Assembly (NCBI GenBank): GCA_002633005.1 | Contig: NMRA01000128.1 | Coordinates: 361,165-425,164 of the forward strand | Origin: Phoronis australis | Lineage: Eukaryota > Animalia > Phoronida | DNA length: 64,000 nt | Direction: 5' to 3' | In this document: positions 42,206 to 54,145 of the stretch, piece after piece | Layout of the letters: each line of letters opens with the position of its first letter | How positions within the stretch are numbered: position 1 is the first letter of the stretch | The notes under the pieces: generated by a model | What the model was told of the DNA's origin: nothing | The model's database searches: none | Seen by the model: only the letters and a program-made list of their open reading frames with translations | Program-made: the position numbers and the translations under genes

Positions 42206-43210
42206 TAAGCGCACAACATATCTCCACGACTTCCATAGACGGCTGAAGCCAAATGGAGTGACGAGAATAGCAAACTTGACCTAGATAAAATTGCGGTTTA
42301 ATGAACTCGACCAATTTCAGAGGGACATTAGTACAGAAACATTTGCGTGCTGGATACTGTGCCGGTATGAAAAATGTCGCATATTAAATAATTATTTTGA
42401 AAAAGTTAAAAACATAAAATAAAATGATAACAAATAAACATAACTTAGGTCAAATTCAAATTAATGATGAACATTATACTTCCACCCCTTCTAATGGGCA
42501 GTCCCACAAAATGTTAGCTGAGGGCAGTGTTTCCAAGTCAGCGATTGGCTCGGAGACTTGAATATGAAAGCTTGTCAAAAACTCATAAATACCCCCCTCG
42601 AAAGATCACATAAACACAAATCTGAAAAATATTCTATTTATGTACTTTTCTCTCCAAATATTAGTATCTTGAGCAGCCCTTTAAACTAGATGTGGTGCGG
42701 TTTATGATGTTGCACACTACGTGAAGTTTAATTCGGTAAAGTTCGACACGAACGATCCTGGAGTTTCGGAAAAAGTTGGAGTTTCAAATAACAAGCCTAC
42801 GTTATGAATAAATTTCAAGTTTCTACTTACAATGGTCTTCGATTACACCTACGGCTAAATAAAATAAGCAGGGCAAAGAAATGAAGGCGTTTATTTTTCG
42901 TCACATTAAGTAAATCATCGATCAAGTTCAAACAAAATAAATCACAGGTGGCGCTAAATCCGTGATTGCGACCAGATTGCGACCTTGCACAGTGCAACGA
43001 ATCATCGTTACAGATGCTAATTTACAAGTGAAAGAGTTGTCTGTTTTAAGTTAAACAAGTTGTAGCATATAAATGTCCAATGCCCTATGTTGAAGTCCAA
43101 TGCAATATGCATTTTACAGCCGTTCCTTTCTCTCAATAATCTCCCAGGGCCTGTCGGTCCATGCATAGAAGTCGAGGCGCTCAGTGCATAGCTGACGTCG
43201 CATCGTCACG
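42206..43210 (-). promoter_or_regulatory. Putative promoter and non-coding first exon(s) of the FAM53-like gene
   Basis: - strand GTAAGT donors at 42205-42200 and 42830-42825; CCAAT boxes near 42544, 43077 and 43097; CRE-like TGACGTC near 43193; local CpG enrichment. Confidence 0.45.
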
Positions 43211-43233
43211 CCTGACTTTGCCTTATGTTGAAC

Positions 43234-43447
43234 CAGGGGTGGATCTACGTGGTTCAGGGGGTTCAACCCCCCCTCTCGGGACAGGGTCAAGAATAAAAAT
43301 TGAAAAGATTTTCGCCAGAAAAACGAAATCAGCTGCTAAAAACCTTCCCTGCGCTCGGCGCTACCCTGACGCCGGCCCCAATAGCCCCAGGCTCGGATTC
43401 GCTCGAATCCTGAAACCCCCCTTACTGAAAACGTAGATCCGCCACTG
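43234..43447. mobile_element. hAT-like MITE (214 bp) with 5-bp TSD TGAAC (hAT5-like)
   Basis: TIR CAGGGGTGGATCTACG / CGTAGATCCGCCACTG (14/16); TGAAC immediately before and after. Confidence 0.85.
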
Positions 43448-46400
43448 TGAACAATGCATTTGTTGCCTTTCAACAATCAAACTGATCCAGCCAGTGCACC
43501 TTGGCTATCCCAGGTCTTTCCGTAGCAATTGTTGGAGTGCCCAGGCGGTTCCACTCCGAAAGGGGTACAACCGATGAGTTCGATGATCTTCAAAAGCTGC
43601 TTTAATTATGGGCATTAAACATTACTCCAAGAGGTTCATTAAAGCGGCTATAAAGCGACCTTCTGTAGAAAAACAAACTTTGATTCATTAGACCGCTTAG
43701 CCTACCCGCAACAGGTCGGGCACTAGTCAAAAAGCTCACAGCTTCCGGCGTTCGTGCTCAGTAGGGGGGGCCTAGCTAAAAACAACTATATTTCCTCGGC
43801 TAGAGCTATAGTGACTTCTGTGCTTGTGAAATCCGATCTTCGATCAAGGACTGCCAACTGAACCAACAACTGTGACTTGAGAAGGAGCGATTTTAGAAGT
43901 CCGACTCGGTGTTGCACATGTCTGCGAACTCAAGGCACCGGCCAACGTCACAAGTGTTGGCTAATCACTGACCATCTATATCAAAGTAGTATATGTGAAA
44001 AAAGGCAGACGGTCTGGTACTCTTTGTGGTACAACAGACGCGCGGCCACACAGTTGGACCACGAATGCATTAATCAACTGATTAAGAATCAAGGGGACCC
44101 TTCAGCATGGGGTTCTTCGTGAATAAAGTCTTATAATATTCCTGTTTACCTCAGGGGATTAAAAAGGCTATTGAACCAGCACTATCTGGCGATTTCTACC
44201 AGTTAAATTTCCATCTAGCAGAAGATTGCGAAGACCCTGATATGCAAGGCAAATTTCCCTAAATGTTGATGAGTCTCAGCTCAGTTTCAAGCCGCACTTA
44301 AGTCACTTTGAACGGGCTACAAGACCTGTGATGAATGCAAAATATCAATTCTTACTGTTGTAGTGTAGCAGTTTTACTCCCTTACATTTAATTTTATTCA
44401 AATGTACCTGAGCCATCCATCCGTCTTTCTGAAAAATTTTCGCGTCCAGTTTTCCCTGCATTTTCGATACCTAAGAAAGCCCATGATTTGCTAGAACACA
44501 AAAACCTTAAAATAGTGTTAATTTTGGGCGAAATTTAACGTTACCGTTCGCTTCCCATGTTGTAGCCAACGGTAGTGGGGATGGGAAATGTTCCCACCGT
44601 AAAAACACGGGGTCTTACTTTTCAGAAAATTCTATTGCTGGAGATCATTTTATCGGTGCAGAATGAGACAAATTGTGACTTGAATAGGCTAGACATCTCC
44701 TGCCGGCGGCACACACTCAGATCCAAGACAGTCAAATGGCCACGTGTCACAATGTTGAATTTTGTTTTATTCTTTGATATTATCTTCAACCTAGTCTTCC
44801 ATTTGTAAAAAAGAAAAGATTTACTTTTCGCATAATTTTCATCTACTGCACTCAGCCATCAACTATATACTCAATTTTGACCAATGGGAGTTATGACTCA
44901 AGTCAATGTGGTTGTTTTGTGCTGTCGCCACAGCTGGAAAGTTGACCGAGCTTGAAGTTTTGGTTAAATTACAATTTAAGACACCTGAGACGTAAAACCA
45001 TTGCTACACAGATGCTTGTTTACGAGGATTCAGAATGACCATTAGCCACTACTAGATTAATTGAATTTTACGTGTTGTTAATCGACGTTGAACTCACCGA
45101 GTTGAGAGCATAAATTCATCATTACAAATTTAAATCATATTTGCAAATAAAAGCCACATTTTGTGTTTCAATTTAAATTTATTCAGGCGCCCTTAAGTGT
45201 AAGCCAATTCAGCCGTATAACGAAATACGCATTGATTGGAATTGGTGCTTATAACATGTCCACTCCTTACGCATGTTGTCGTCAATAGTCAAGCGAACAC
45301 GCAATTACCAGCATCATATCTAATATGCACAATTAAATTTACATACTGTAGTACATCACTAGGTACACCAGTGTCTTATGTAAACGTCACACTGAGAGGA
45401 TGAGCTTGTGGTTACTTCAGTCTTTGCTGTTTCTTCGGCTATCGCTGCAGCCGGTTAGAAACAACTGGTAATCGTTATGTTTGTCTTTCAAACGCACTAA
45501 ACATAACTCAAAAAGCATGATCCAGAATTTTACACAGACCGGGAAAATGAAGAAAGCAAAATTTATTTTAATTTTTGCACAGATTCTCTTTACCCATGAA
45601 TCAAGCTTACAAAGACAAAACAAGAAAGCAAAATTATTATAATTTACATTTTCTTTTGTTTGCTACCCTGAACAAAAGCATCAGACGACATTTTTAATGT
45701 ATTATGTACAGTTTTAGGCCAAGCTGTAAAGTTATAGAGCTTAGAAAGAAAAATATAACCTGCATTCCCTAAAATCTATAACGTAAATTAAAATAAATGA
45801 AAAATAAATAGATAATAGTTTGTAGAAACAACACTAAGTTAACATTTTTCATCAACAAATAAATAAGTTTCTAGAATATATCTAATAAACCTTCATCAAT
45901 AGATGCCGTTGAAACACGCGTGTCAAAACACTCAGTGTAAACCATTGCTGTTCGCACTATAAGGAAAATTACCACGGATGTTATTCAGGGTTAATGACAC
46001 AGCGTTCATTTCATTACGATGTCGTGATTATTGGTTTCCATTGTTTTCATTTCTGAGGATGGCAAAATGTGCAAGGTTCCATTGACATTTCAAAACGTGT
46101 TTACTGCGACTGCACGAGTCCTAGTGGTTGCGCTGGTTTCACATATTCTGGTATTGTTGAGGTCAAAACCAGGACAAGAACACTTCGGACACTTTTCGCA
46201 TTGGTAACGGAACAATAAAGCAGGAATGATTCCGGCAAAAACTGTGTTCAGGCCAAGATCCACATTAATGACGTGCAGCGTTTAAATTTGTTGAGAAAAC
46301 GATTTACCAAATGCCTACTGGAAGGTACTGAACTGCGCAACATTAGACTTCAAGTATAATTATTACAGACCAACATCAGCAGACACGGAAATAATACAGG

Positions 46401-47139
46401 ATGTCTCAAAATGATGGGACAGTCTAAAACCCGTTGGCAAAATAACCATAGCGTGGGAGTTTTTGAAGTCTCGCCTAGCTAATTACATTCTTCAAATGGG
46501 CTCACCTAGCTCGTCAGAACTCATTTGCTCTATTTGCCGTGTCACTGAGCCATTACACTATCTAAACACATTAGGTGGTATGTCAGAAATCTCTTTATGA
46601 AAGCAGATGTTGCTATAGGTTTTCTAGGTATACTCTGTTCTCTTTTAAATATTCTCACCTATCGCGGACCAATTCGAATGTGGCAGGCTGTAAACTACAT
46701 ACTTAGTGAGAGAAATTGTATCCCGTTTTGTAACACCCTGCATGTGATTTCACAATATGACAACTGTAACGAGCAATAAACCTGCGCCAGGGAGAGAGTT
46801 CAGTAGCTGTCTCGCGACGAAAAAATCTAGCCATAATCACGTGGTCTCAAAAACAATGCGCTGCCACATCTCGCGTAATCTCAAGAAGTTTTGCTTTGCT
46901 AGCGAGGTCCTAGTGTCATTGAACTCTATCCAGGTTCACATATTGCTCGTCATACAGCAAGTTGGCGTTTTGACGCCGAAACAGTAAGGCGTTTGTTCTA
47001 ACGAATTTCAATCAAATGATAAAAACGGGACATTGCCTTTGAAGGGCAACACAGCGGTGTATGGTTTCAGCGACTTTATTTCGTCTACTACTAGGCAAAC
47101 GCAGTAGCCCTGTTGTGCGCGTTATGTAGATCTGCGCGT

Positions 47140-47229
47140 TTTAGGGATGACGTAAGCAAAATGTGTGATCGTGACGTCATCCGCAAACGGGCCGCCCGTT
47201 TGTGGATCAGAAGCGTGCTACGGGTAAGT
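47140..47229 (+). promoter_or_regulatory. Orphan CRE-containing promoter-like site with hairpin and splice donor
   Basis: TGACGTAA (47148), TGACGTCA (47172), 13-bp hairpin 47179-47207, GG|GTAAGT at 47224; CpG-rich. Confidence 0.4.
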
Positions 47230-48504
47230 TGACTGAATTTTCGCCGAATTTCTGTTACTGTAGGGATTAGTTTGCTTCATGTATAAAATAAATGTCAGTG
47301 TAACGCAATACTCTTTGTTTTAGTTATGTGTACTGTAATTATTTCTGAAATAGTCTCGTAATTGTGCTGATCTCCAGTTGCTCATTTAAAACGACTGTTC
47401 GCAAACACAAACGCCGAAACGGTTTACTGTACGTGATTTCAGAGAAATAATGTGAGATTCTGTTTTCTCTCATCTTGTTTATTTGCTCGGACCCAAATAG
47501 TGTGTGCAAGTGTGCAGGAGTTCTTGTGCATAATTCTTGAGTTGGGCTTTTTATCCAGAATTGTGTGAGGTTTGATCAGGAANCCTAATACTGAGTGGAT
47601 CAAATGATCACCACTGGGCTCCAACAATTTGATGACTCAGAGCAGCCCCAAGGATTCGCGTGCCAGTTTGAACTTTGCGCCCGTCACGATAAAGTTGTAC
47701 CATTGTCATAAAACAACCTCCAGCGAAAACTGAACGAGGTGTCACTAACGGATTTGATTTCAATGGTTTTCAGTAATATAGTAGGCCGAGCAAGTAAGAA
47801 CATTTTTAGAAGGTTTGGATTTCCTATTCCGACACTTAGAATACTGTTTCCTCGTAAGCAATCTTCGCACGAAAAAAAACATATAGGTTTAACACAAGAA
47901 ATTGTAAAATGAATGATGGGACGAGGCGCAACACATGTACACTGAGATGAGATAGCCCAACGAAAATTATTGTTTCAGCCAACATCGATAAAAAGCTTCA
48001 GCTTACTAATTGTTCAATGGGTCCATTATCATAAAACACGGTTCCATCCACAATGCAGGCAAACGTCATCTCTGATGCCTAGCTGCTGCCACGTTGTGAC
48101 AAATAACGCCGAGTTTGACCATAGATTAAATACTAGTGTTACATATTCGTCTGTGACCCCTGAGAGAGAGTTCACGAAGGACCTCGATGATGTTACGTTC
48201 TTTCAGACAATAAGCACCGGTTCTAAAGTACTGCACACAATGGCAGGCTGGAAATGTCAATGTTTGTCCGAGTTCTGTGTGTTATGTTGGCAAGGGCTAC
48301 ACGGGAACAGAATACCGTGTAGTAAGAAAATTATGCAATGAATTGTGTCAATCCGGCGGGTTTGGATTTTCACTTCGGGTTCAATGACATTCAGTGTTTT
48401 CACATGAACTATAACGAGGTAACAGTGGTACAAACTAGGCCACAAATGCAACGAAAACATTTATTGTGAAATGCATCGGTCATGTCAGTTCTATGGTATC
48501 AAAA

Positions 48505-50550
48505 AAGGCAGCCACTAGGTGACATGCCAAACCCGTTCGATAACTTGCACCTCATCATCTCTCTGAACTCAGTGATTTGCCAAAGTTCATGAAAATACGT
48601 CCAGCCTGCAATGTTCAAGGATACGTAGGTAAACCTCATGAATTGCCCCTACGATGCGCAGCACTACTCGATCCATACAAAAGATGTCATCTCATGTCAG
48701 GTTCATTGCTAGCCGCACTTAGGTTAACAAATTTTACAAAGATCCTGAAACAGTGGAGGCAACAAAAACAAAATTGCCACTAGGGGCACCATAGTAGTGA
48801 GACCCACCGAAAATCACTGTCAGTCGTTATTGAAGATTCTTAGAGGAATAAGGCGCCTACAGAGACTGAGACTAAAAAGACTTGATACAAGAGCAACGGG
48901 GAGCGTTGAAATGCGCCTACGAATGCACCACAAGTTGTGTGCTTCTGGGGGTGTTTATCATAAAAATGGCCACTAGATGGCACAAAATACGTCGAATCTT
49001 TCCGAAAATGGAAACATGTCTCTTAAATAGAAAGATATTTATTAAATTTCAAAAAAAATCCGCCAACGAACTTCAGAGAAACAGAGGAAAACGGAAAAAA
49101 TGAAATTGTCCGACTAGGAGCCACAGCGTTCGTCGTCGTCGTCCGTTGTCAACTTCATATAAATACACTAGTTAAATTTAACAAAGATCCTGCAGCGTGG
49201 TTTAAGCTATAGGCGGAAAAAACAAAACTGCCACTAGGAGGCACCACAATAGTCAAAGTCGTTGGAAAATCATCACCAACAGTACTTTTCACACTGAAAA
49301 CATATATGCCAATTTTCACAATCATCTTTAGAGTGGTATAGTTGATAGATGAACGGATGCCAAATAGCACACTCGAAAACCGTGAGTGAAATGGCCACTA
49401 GGTGGCGCAAAATACCTCGAATCTATCAAAGAATGGGAGGATAGCCTCATCTCCACTCTTTCACAGTGCTACGAAAGGTAGCACTATGTAATGTTGTTTA
49501 TCATGGCTTCTCATTGGTTAAAGCAATGAAACCGACTTCATAACATTAAATTCAGTTGAAATTCGCGAAAGCACCTACAGTTTACAACTACGTAGCATGG
49601 CGACCACCAGACTTGAATAGTTGCAATTCAAAACGGTTAGTGATCGACTGAAGTAAACAAAACCAATGAACCCCGATCCCGTGGCTTAAGCCCAAGGCAA
49701 GTACAGTATGTGCACGTGGTGGCGATGTGATCGACAAACTACCGACCAAGCTTGCGCATTGATGCCCACACACGGAATTCCGTGCCTCGTGTCGTTCATC
49801 ACGTTTTTTAAAATTCACAGGGCCACTTTTCAGTATAGGTAGTGCTGTGTCAGAGGGTAAGCGTCATCTCACTAATTGATGCCTATAGTGACAAATTTCA
49901 TGAAAATCCGTTGGGAACCTTTGAAAACAGAGAGGTAAGAGTAAAAAAACTAAAATTTGCCACTAGGGGCCACACTGGCAGTCGGATCCGCTGTTAGAAA
50001 TTCGTCGTCGTCCGTCGTCAGCTTTTAGTCAAAGGAACACAATGATCTCTAGTGAAGTCACGATCCTGTGAGGCCGGGTTTAGGACTGGCATACAGCGGA
50101 GCGATAGAACGCCGGACAAACAGACAGAGATGACGGCAACATGCACCCGCAAACAAACATGGGAACATGGCTGCTCAGTGTGGTCGGCGCAGTAAATACG
50201 TCCCGATCCGTCCGAAAATAGAAAGATGTTGTTGTCTCCTTAATGATTAAAACAAACCGAATTCTCTCAAGGAACTCTGGAAAATAGAAAATGTAAGAAA
50301 AAAGAAAGTTGTCACTATAGGGGGCACAACCCGGCAGCAATTAAAGATGCTTCAAATACTTGCGGTCAGCAAATTTCACAAAAATCCTGCGAGGGAACAG
50401 CTACAGACGCAAAAAAGTTGCCACTATATAGGGGTGCCATAGTAGGCGGACTTGTCCGAAAATCTATGCCAACCGTAATCTTCTCGGCAGGAACACATCT
50501 GCTAATTTCCCGGCGTAGTGACGGATCCTTCAAGATAAAGAGGCGGACTG
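48505..50550 (+). mobile_element. Cluster of older, degenerate copies of the same HINE-like family, interrupted by insertions
   Basis: ACAAGAGC..GAGCGTTGAAATGCGCC at 48887; motifs near 48510, 48775, 48968, 49229, 49393 and 49958; unrelated ~400-bp insert at about 49460-49855. Confidence 0.75.
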
Positions 50551-50554
50551 CTCA

Positions 50555-52988
50555 GTGTGCGTGAACTTGGAACCCTGAATCTCAAGATCGCGTATGCGTG
50601 AACGTCAGTTGAAATTGAATATTCATTAAGACAATCAGGTGATTTTTTTGTTCGATGTAAAGAATTTTTGTTTTATTATTGACATCACGATCACCCATAT
50701 ACTTTTTTACAGTCGGGATCACAATCAAGGTCGCCATAGATATTCGGTGGCCACTTTTGGTGAAAAATGAAGGATGTCGTATAACTATAAAAGCTGGGTT
50801 ATTTTAAAGTACCATCATTCCAGGTTTTTAATCTAGAATATTTTTGCACAAGAACAACCGAATAAAACTTTATGACCTGATCATCACAGATGTATAAAAG
50901 GGTACGAACACAAAAAAATTATTACCGTGCTGATCAAGTTGTTCTAGATGATGATACATTGCATATCTTAACACAGTATAATGAGAACTTTTTATTACAA
51001 AAAGAAAACGACAAGTAACCACTTGTTTCAAAAACGTTATTGGTGCTATTTACCTAGTTTTTAATACATTCACCAGTTGGTCAAAATATTTAAACCAATG
51101 CTAGATCCAGTGTTCAACTTGTAAACAGTAAAATTTTGACTACCGTAAGTTACAAATGTATGGGATGGTCTCGAGTTTTGTGCTGCCACTACTTGCTGGT
51201 TTGCTGCCTCTGCAACATCAGTTATCACGTGATGTGTCTTCTAGGATGTTACTGGCCAAGTCCTGTGTGGCATTCTATTGACCACAAATCTGACTATGTC
51301 CATTGTTTTTTGTCAGACTGGATGAGGACAGCAGTGTGTAAAAATACTTGTGGGCAATACTTTATAGCACAGAGGTTGAAGGTACGTACATTACACAGTG
51401 GTACGTACACAACATTTCAATGACTTGTCAGGTTTATAAAAATACTTAGAATCTACTGAAAGTTAGTTCATTTACCAAATCTATCCAAAGAGAACAAATA
51501 AAAAGTACAGCATACATGTGCAGATCGGTCCGTCATTCTTTGCAAACAGGCACATGTTAAAATACGGGGGTTCGTACACTACACAAATGCCAATATTTCA
51601 CTCAAAACAAATGTATTATAATAAACACCCTTTTAACCGAACATTTTTAAGGGAGGAAACTACCTGTGATAAATGTTGCTTACTTACCATGTAATATTTT
51701 TGTTTCATGGTATTTGTTAACATCGGGGTACGTACACTACATTTTAATGACACGTCAGGTTTGTAACTAAATACTAGGAATCTACTGAGAATTAGTTGAT
51801 TTACTAAATCCATTCAAAGAGAAAAAAATAAAAAGTACAGCATTCATGTGCATATCTATCATACTTTAAAAATAGGCACAGATTGAAATATAGGGGTATA
51901 TACACTACAAAAATGCATAAATTTCACTCAAAAAATGTATTCGTAATAAACACCCTTTTAACCTAACATTTGTAAGGAAGGAAACTGTTTGTGACCAATG
52001 TTGCTCACTTACCAAGTGATATTTTAATTTCATGGCATTTGTAAGCATGGGGGTACGTACACTACAAGGGGTAGGTACGTACACTACATCACTGTTTCTG
52101 CATCACGTGGTAACATAATGTTGTATGGCCATTTATTTTTCTTTGATGATAAAAAGCACCATGTTGTTATTTAAAAGGCAATGGTTTCATTTGAAATCAC
52201 CAATTGTGTTGCTGAATTTCACTTGGTGGTACGTACACTACATTTTATTAGTCTTTTTGTACCTTTTTCAACGTAGCAGAACTCAGTCAATATCCAAACT
52301 TTTGGTTCGTTTAGCTATTGAATAATTTGCTGTGTTGCCTAAGGTTAACACATTCACTTGTTCTTTTTATTACAAAGTGTGAGCTTTACTTTTTAACATT
52401 GTTTACAGTATACGAGGGTTAGAAACACAGAATTTACAAATTTCGTAACCAGTGCCTGTTGTATGATGTACCCTACCATTTCTCAATGATTAAGCACTAT
52501 CTCATCTGAGTGATTCTGAAAGTGACTCGAGTTGTTCCCAGTCATATCAAAGAAATTGGAATTTTTAAAATGGCCACTCGTAACGCTAAAAATGCGTGAA
52601 ATTCCTAGACAAAAACATGCATAAATTTCTCAAACATTGTCCGACAAGTTTACTCAAATAATCACGTTAATGTTCATAAAAATTTGCGCTGCACTGAATA
52701 ACGTTACATTTGAATAAAATAATATCAATTTTAACCAATCTTTTTAACTACGGGCGATCAGTTTCACCAAACAATAATGGATTTAGCCATTCACATATTT
52801 CTCCGATTCAGCGACACAAGTTACGGTAACGTAGAAAATGGTTGATCGCCAGGTCAATAATTATAAAAAATTCTTTTCACCGAACGAAAATTTCACCTTT
52901 TTGCCTTAAAGAATAATTAATTCCAAGTTCACGCAACACTCACTTCCGCTTAATCTTGAGATTAAGCACGATTCCAAGTTCACGCACA
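50555..52988. mobile_element. ~2.4-kb non-autonomous TIR element nested in the 3' tail of a HINE-like copy
   Basis: Left TGTGCGTGAACTTGGAA..AATCTCAAGAT..TGCGTGAAC and right GTTCACGCA..ATCTTGAGATT..TTCCAAGTTCACGCACA; the host tail (GACAGAC..GTGGGTGCATAA) resumes at about 53000-53056; internal ~327-bp tandem duplication at 51400-52065. Confidence 0.65.
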
Positions 52989-53382
52989 GCAACACTTCTG
53001 CCAAACGACAGACATAACGGTAATGTGCACACACATATGTACAGGTGGGTGCATAAGGGGACTATAAACCGCCTTAACTAAAAAAAACAAAAAAACACTT
53101 GATATAATTTAAGCCCCTTACATTATTTAACTGGTCAGATTTAAAGTGTCCTATGGGCTTGGAAAGAACTAAAACGGTTTGTTGGTTATTTCTTGAGGCC
53201 ATAAAATGACCACTCTGCTCAAGCCAACCTGCTCAGTCTCGTCTTGGGCAATTGACGAACTGGCAATTCTTCAGAAATCCTTCCTGATCTATATAAGGAA
53301 CAAGTTGTGATCAGAGTCAAATCCGTCTGTTGGCTAAAAGTTAGTTGCGTCATAACTTTGACATGTTTCAAATCAACTTTAG

Positions 53383-53806
53383 TTTGTATTTATCCTATTG
53401 GGTTCCAATAGCACATGCTATGCAATTATTTACAAATTGATATACAATTAATATACAACACCTGTATAAATTTATGGCAAAGGAGCTGTTCACAACCATT
53501 AAAACTTCCAGCTGTTTCAGTGGCAGAGAACCACTTTCAATATTGCAGTTTAGTCTCTTTTTTGCGTTCCACAGACCTGAGGTTCCAAATGAAACAAGAC
53601 GGTGCAGCCAATCTGACATTTATGCATATTTTTTGTTCATATTGTTCAACAAACCACTACCTTTAGTTCCCACTAACCACTTTGTATTTATCCTATTGGG
53701 TTCCAATAGCACAGGTCATGCAATTATTTACAAATTGATAAACAATTAATATACAGCACGTGTAAATTTATGGCAAAGGAGCTGTTCACAACCATTAAAA
53801 CTTCCA
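53383..53806. repeat. ~125-bp direct repeat (about 53383-53509 and 53681-53806) downstream of the LIN52 stop
   Basis: TTTGTATTTATCCTATTGGGTTCCAATAGCACA...AAAACTTCCA present twice. Confidence 0.9.
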
Positions 53807-54086
53807 CCGGAGTGCAAATCTTGATCTTTTGAGGAGAGCGTCATAGAATGACTATGGTCAAATTTACTGCTAATACAATTACTAAGTATAAAAAATCCAA
53901 TATTGACGTCTATTAGTACTCACATCTCTTAAACAACGGATTAGCACCACAAAAAACATTTTCATGTTCACTATCACTAGAATGAAGCTTGTTAAACACA
54001 CTCACTGAAACGTTTGAAATTCAGTACAATATCAAAAACTATTCACTGTACACATTTACAAGTTCTTGAGGATAATGTAGCATGCG

Positions 54087-54145
54087 TCAACTTTGGGGAT
54101 TTTTATCCAATATGTTGAGAAATTTCCCTCTCGTCATTTCCCGAG
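54087..54145 (-). CDS. LIN52: LIN52 exon 6 (AREMTRGKFLNILDKNPQS*)
   Basis: tctttgcag acceptor; EMTRGKFLNIL then TGA. Confidence 0.97.

Noticed and set aside
42396-42935. CHR (TTTGAA) elements suggesting DREAM control of the FAM53-like gene
   Set aside because: The hexamer is common in AT-rich DNA and the TSS is unmapped.
43450-44210. Possible LTR followed by a TGGCG primer-binding site near 44187
   Set aside because: AATAAA and TGG are present, but I could not match a tRNA 3' end or find a partner LTR, termini or TSD.
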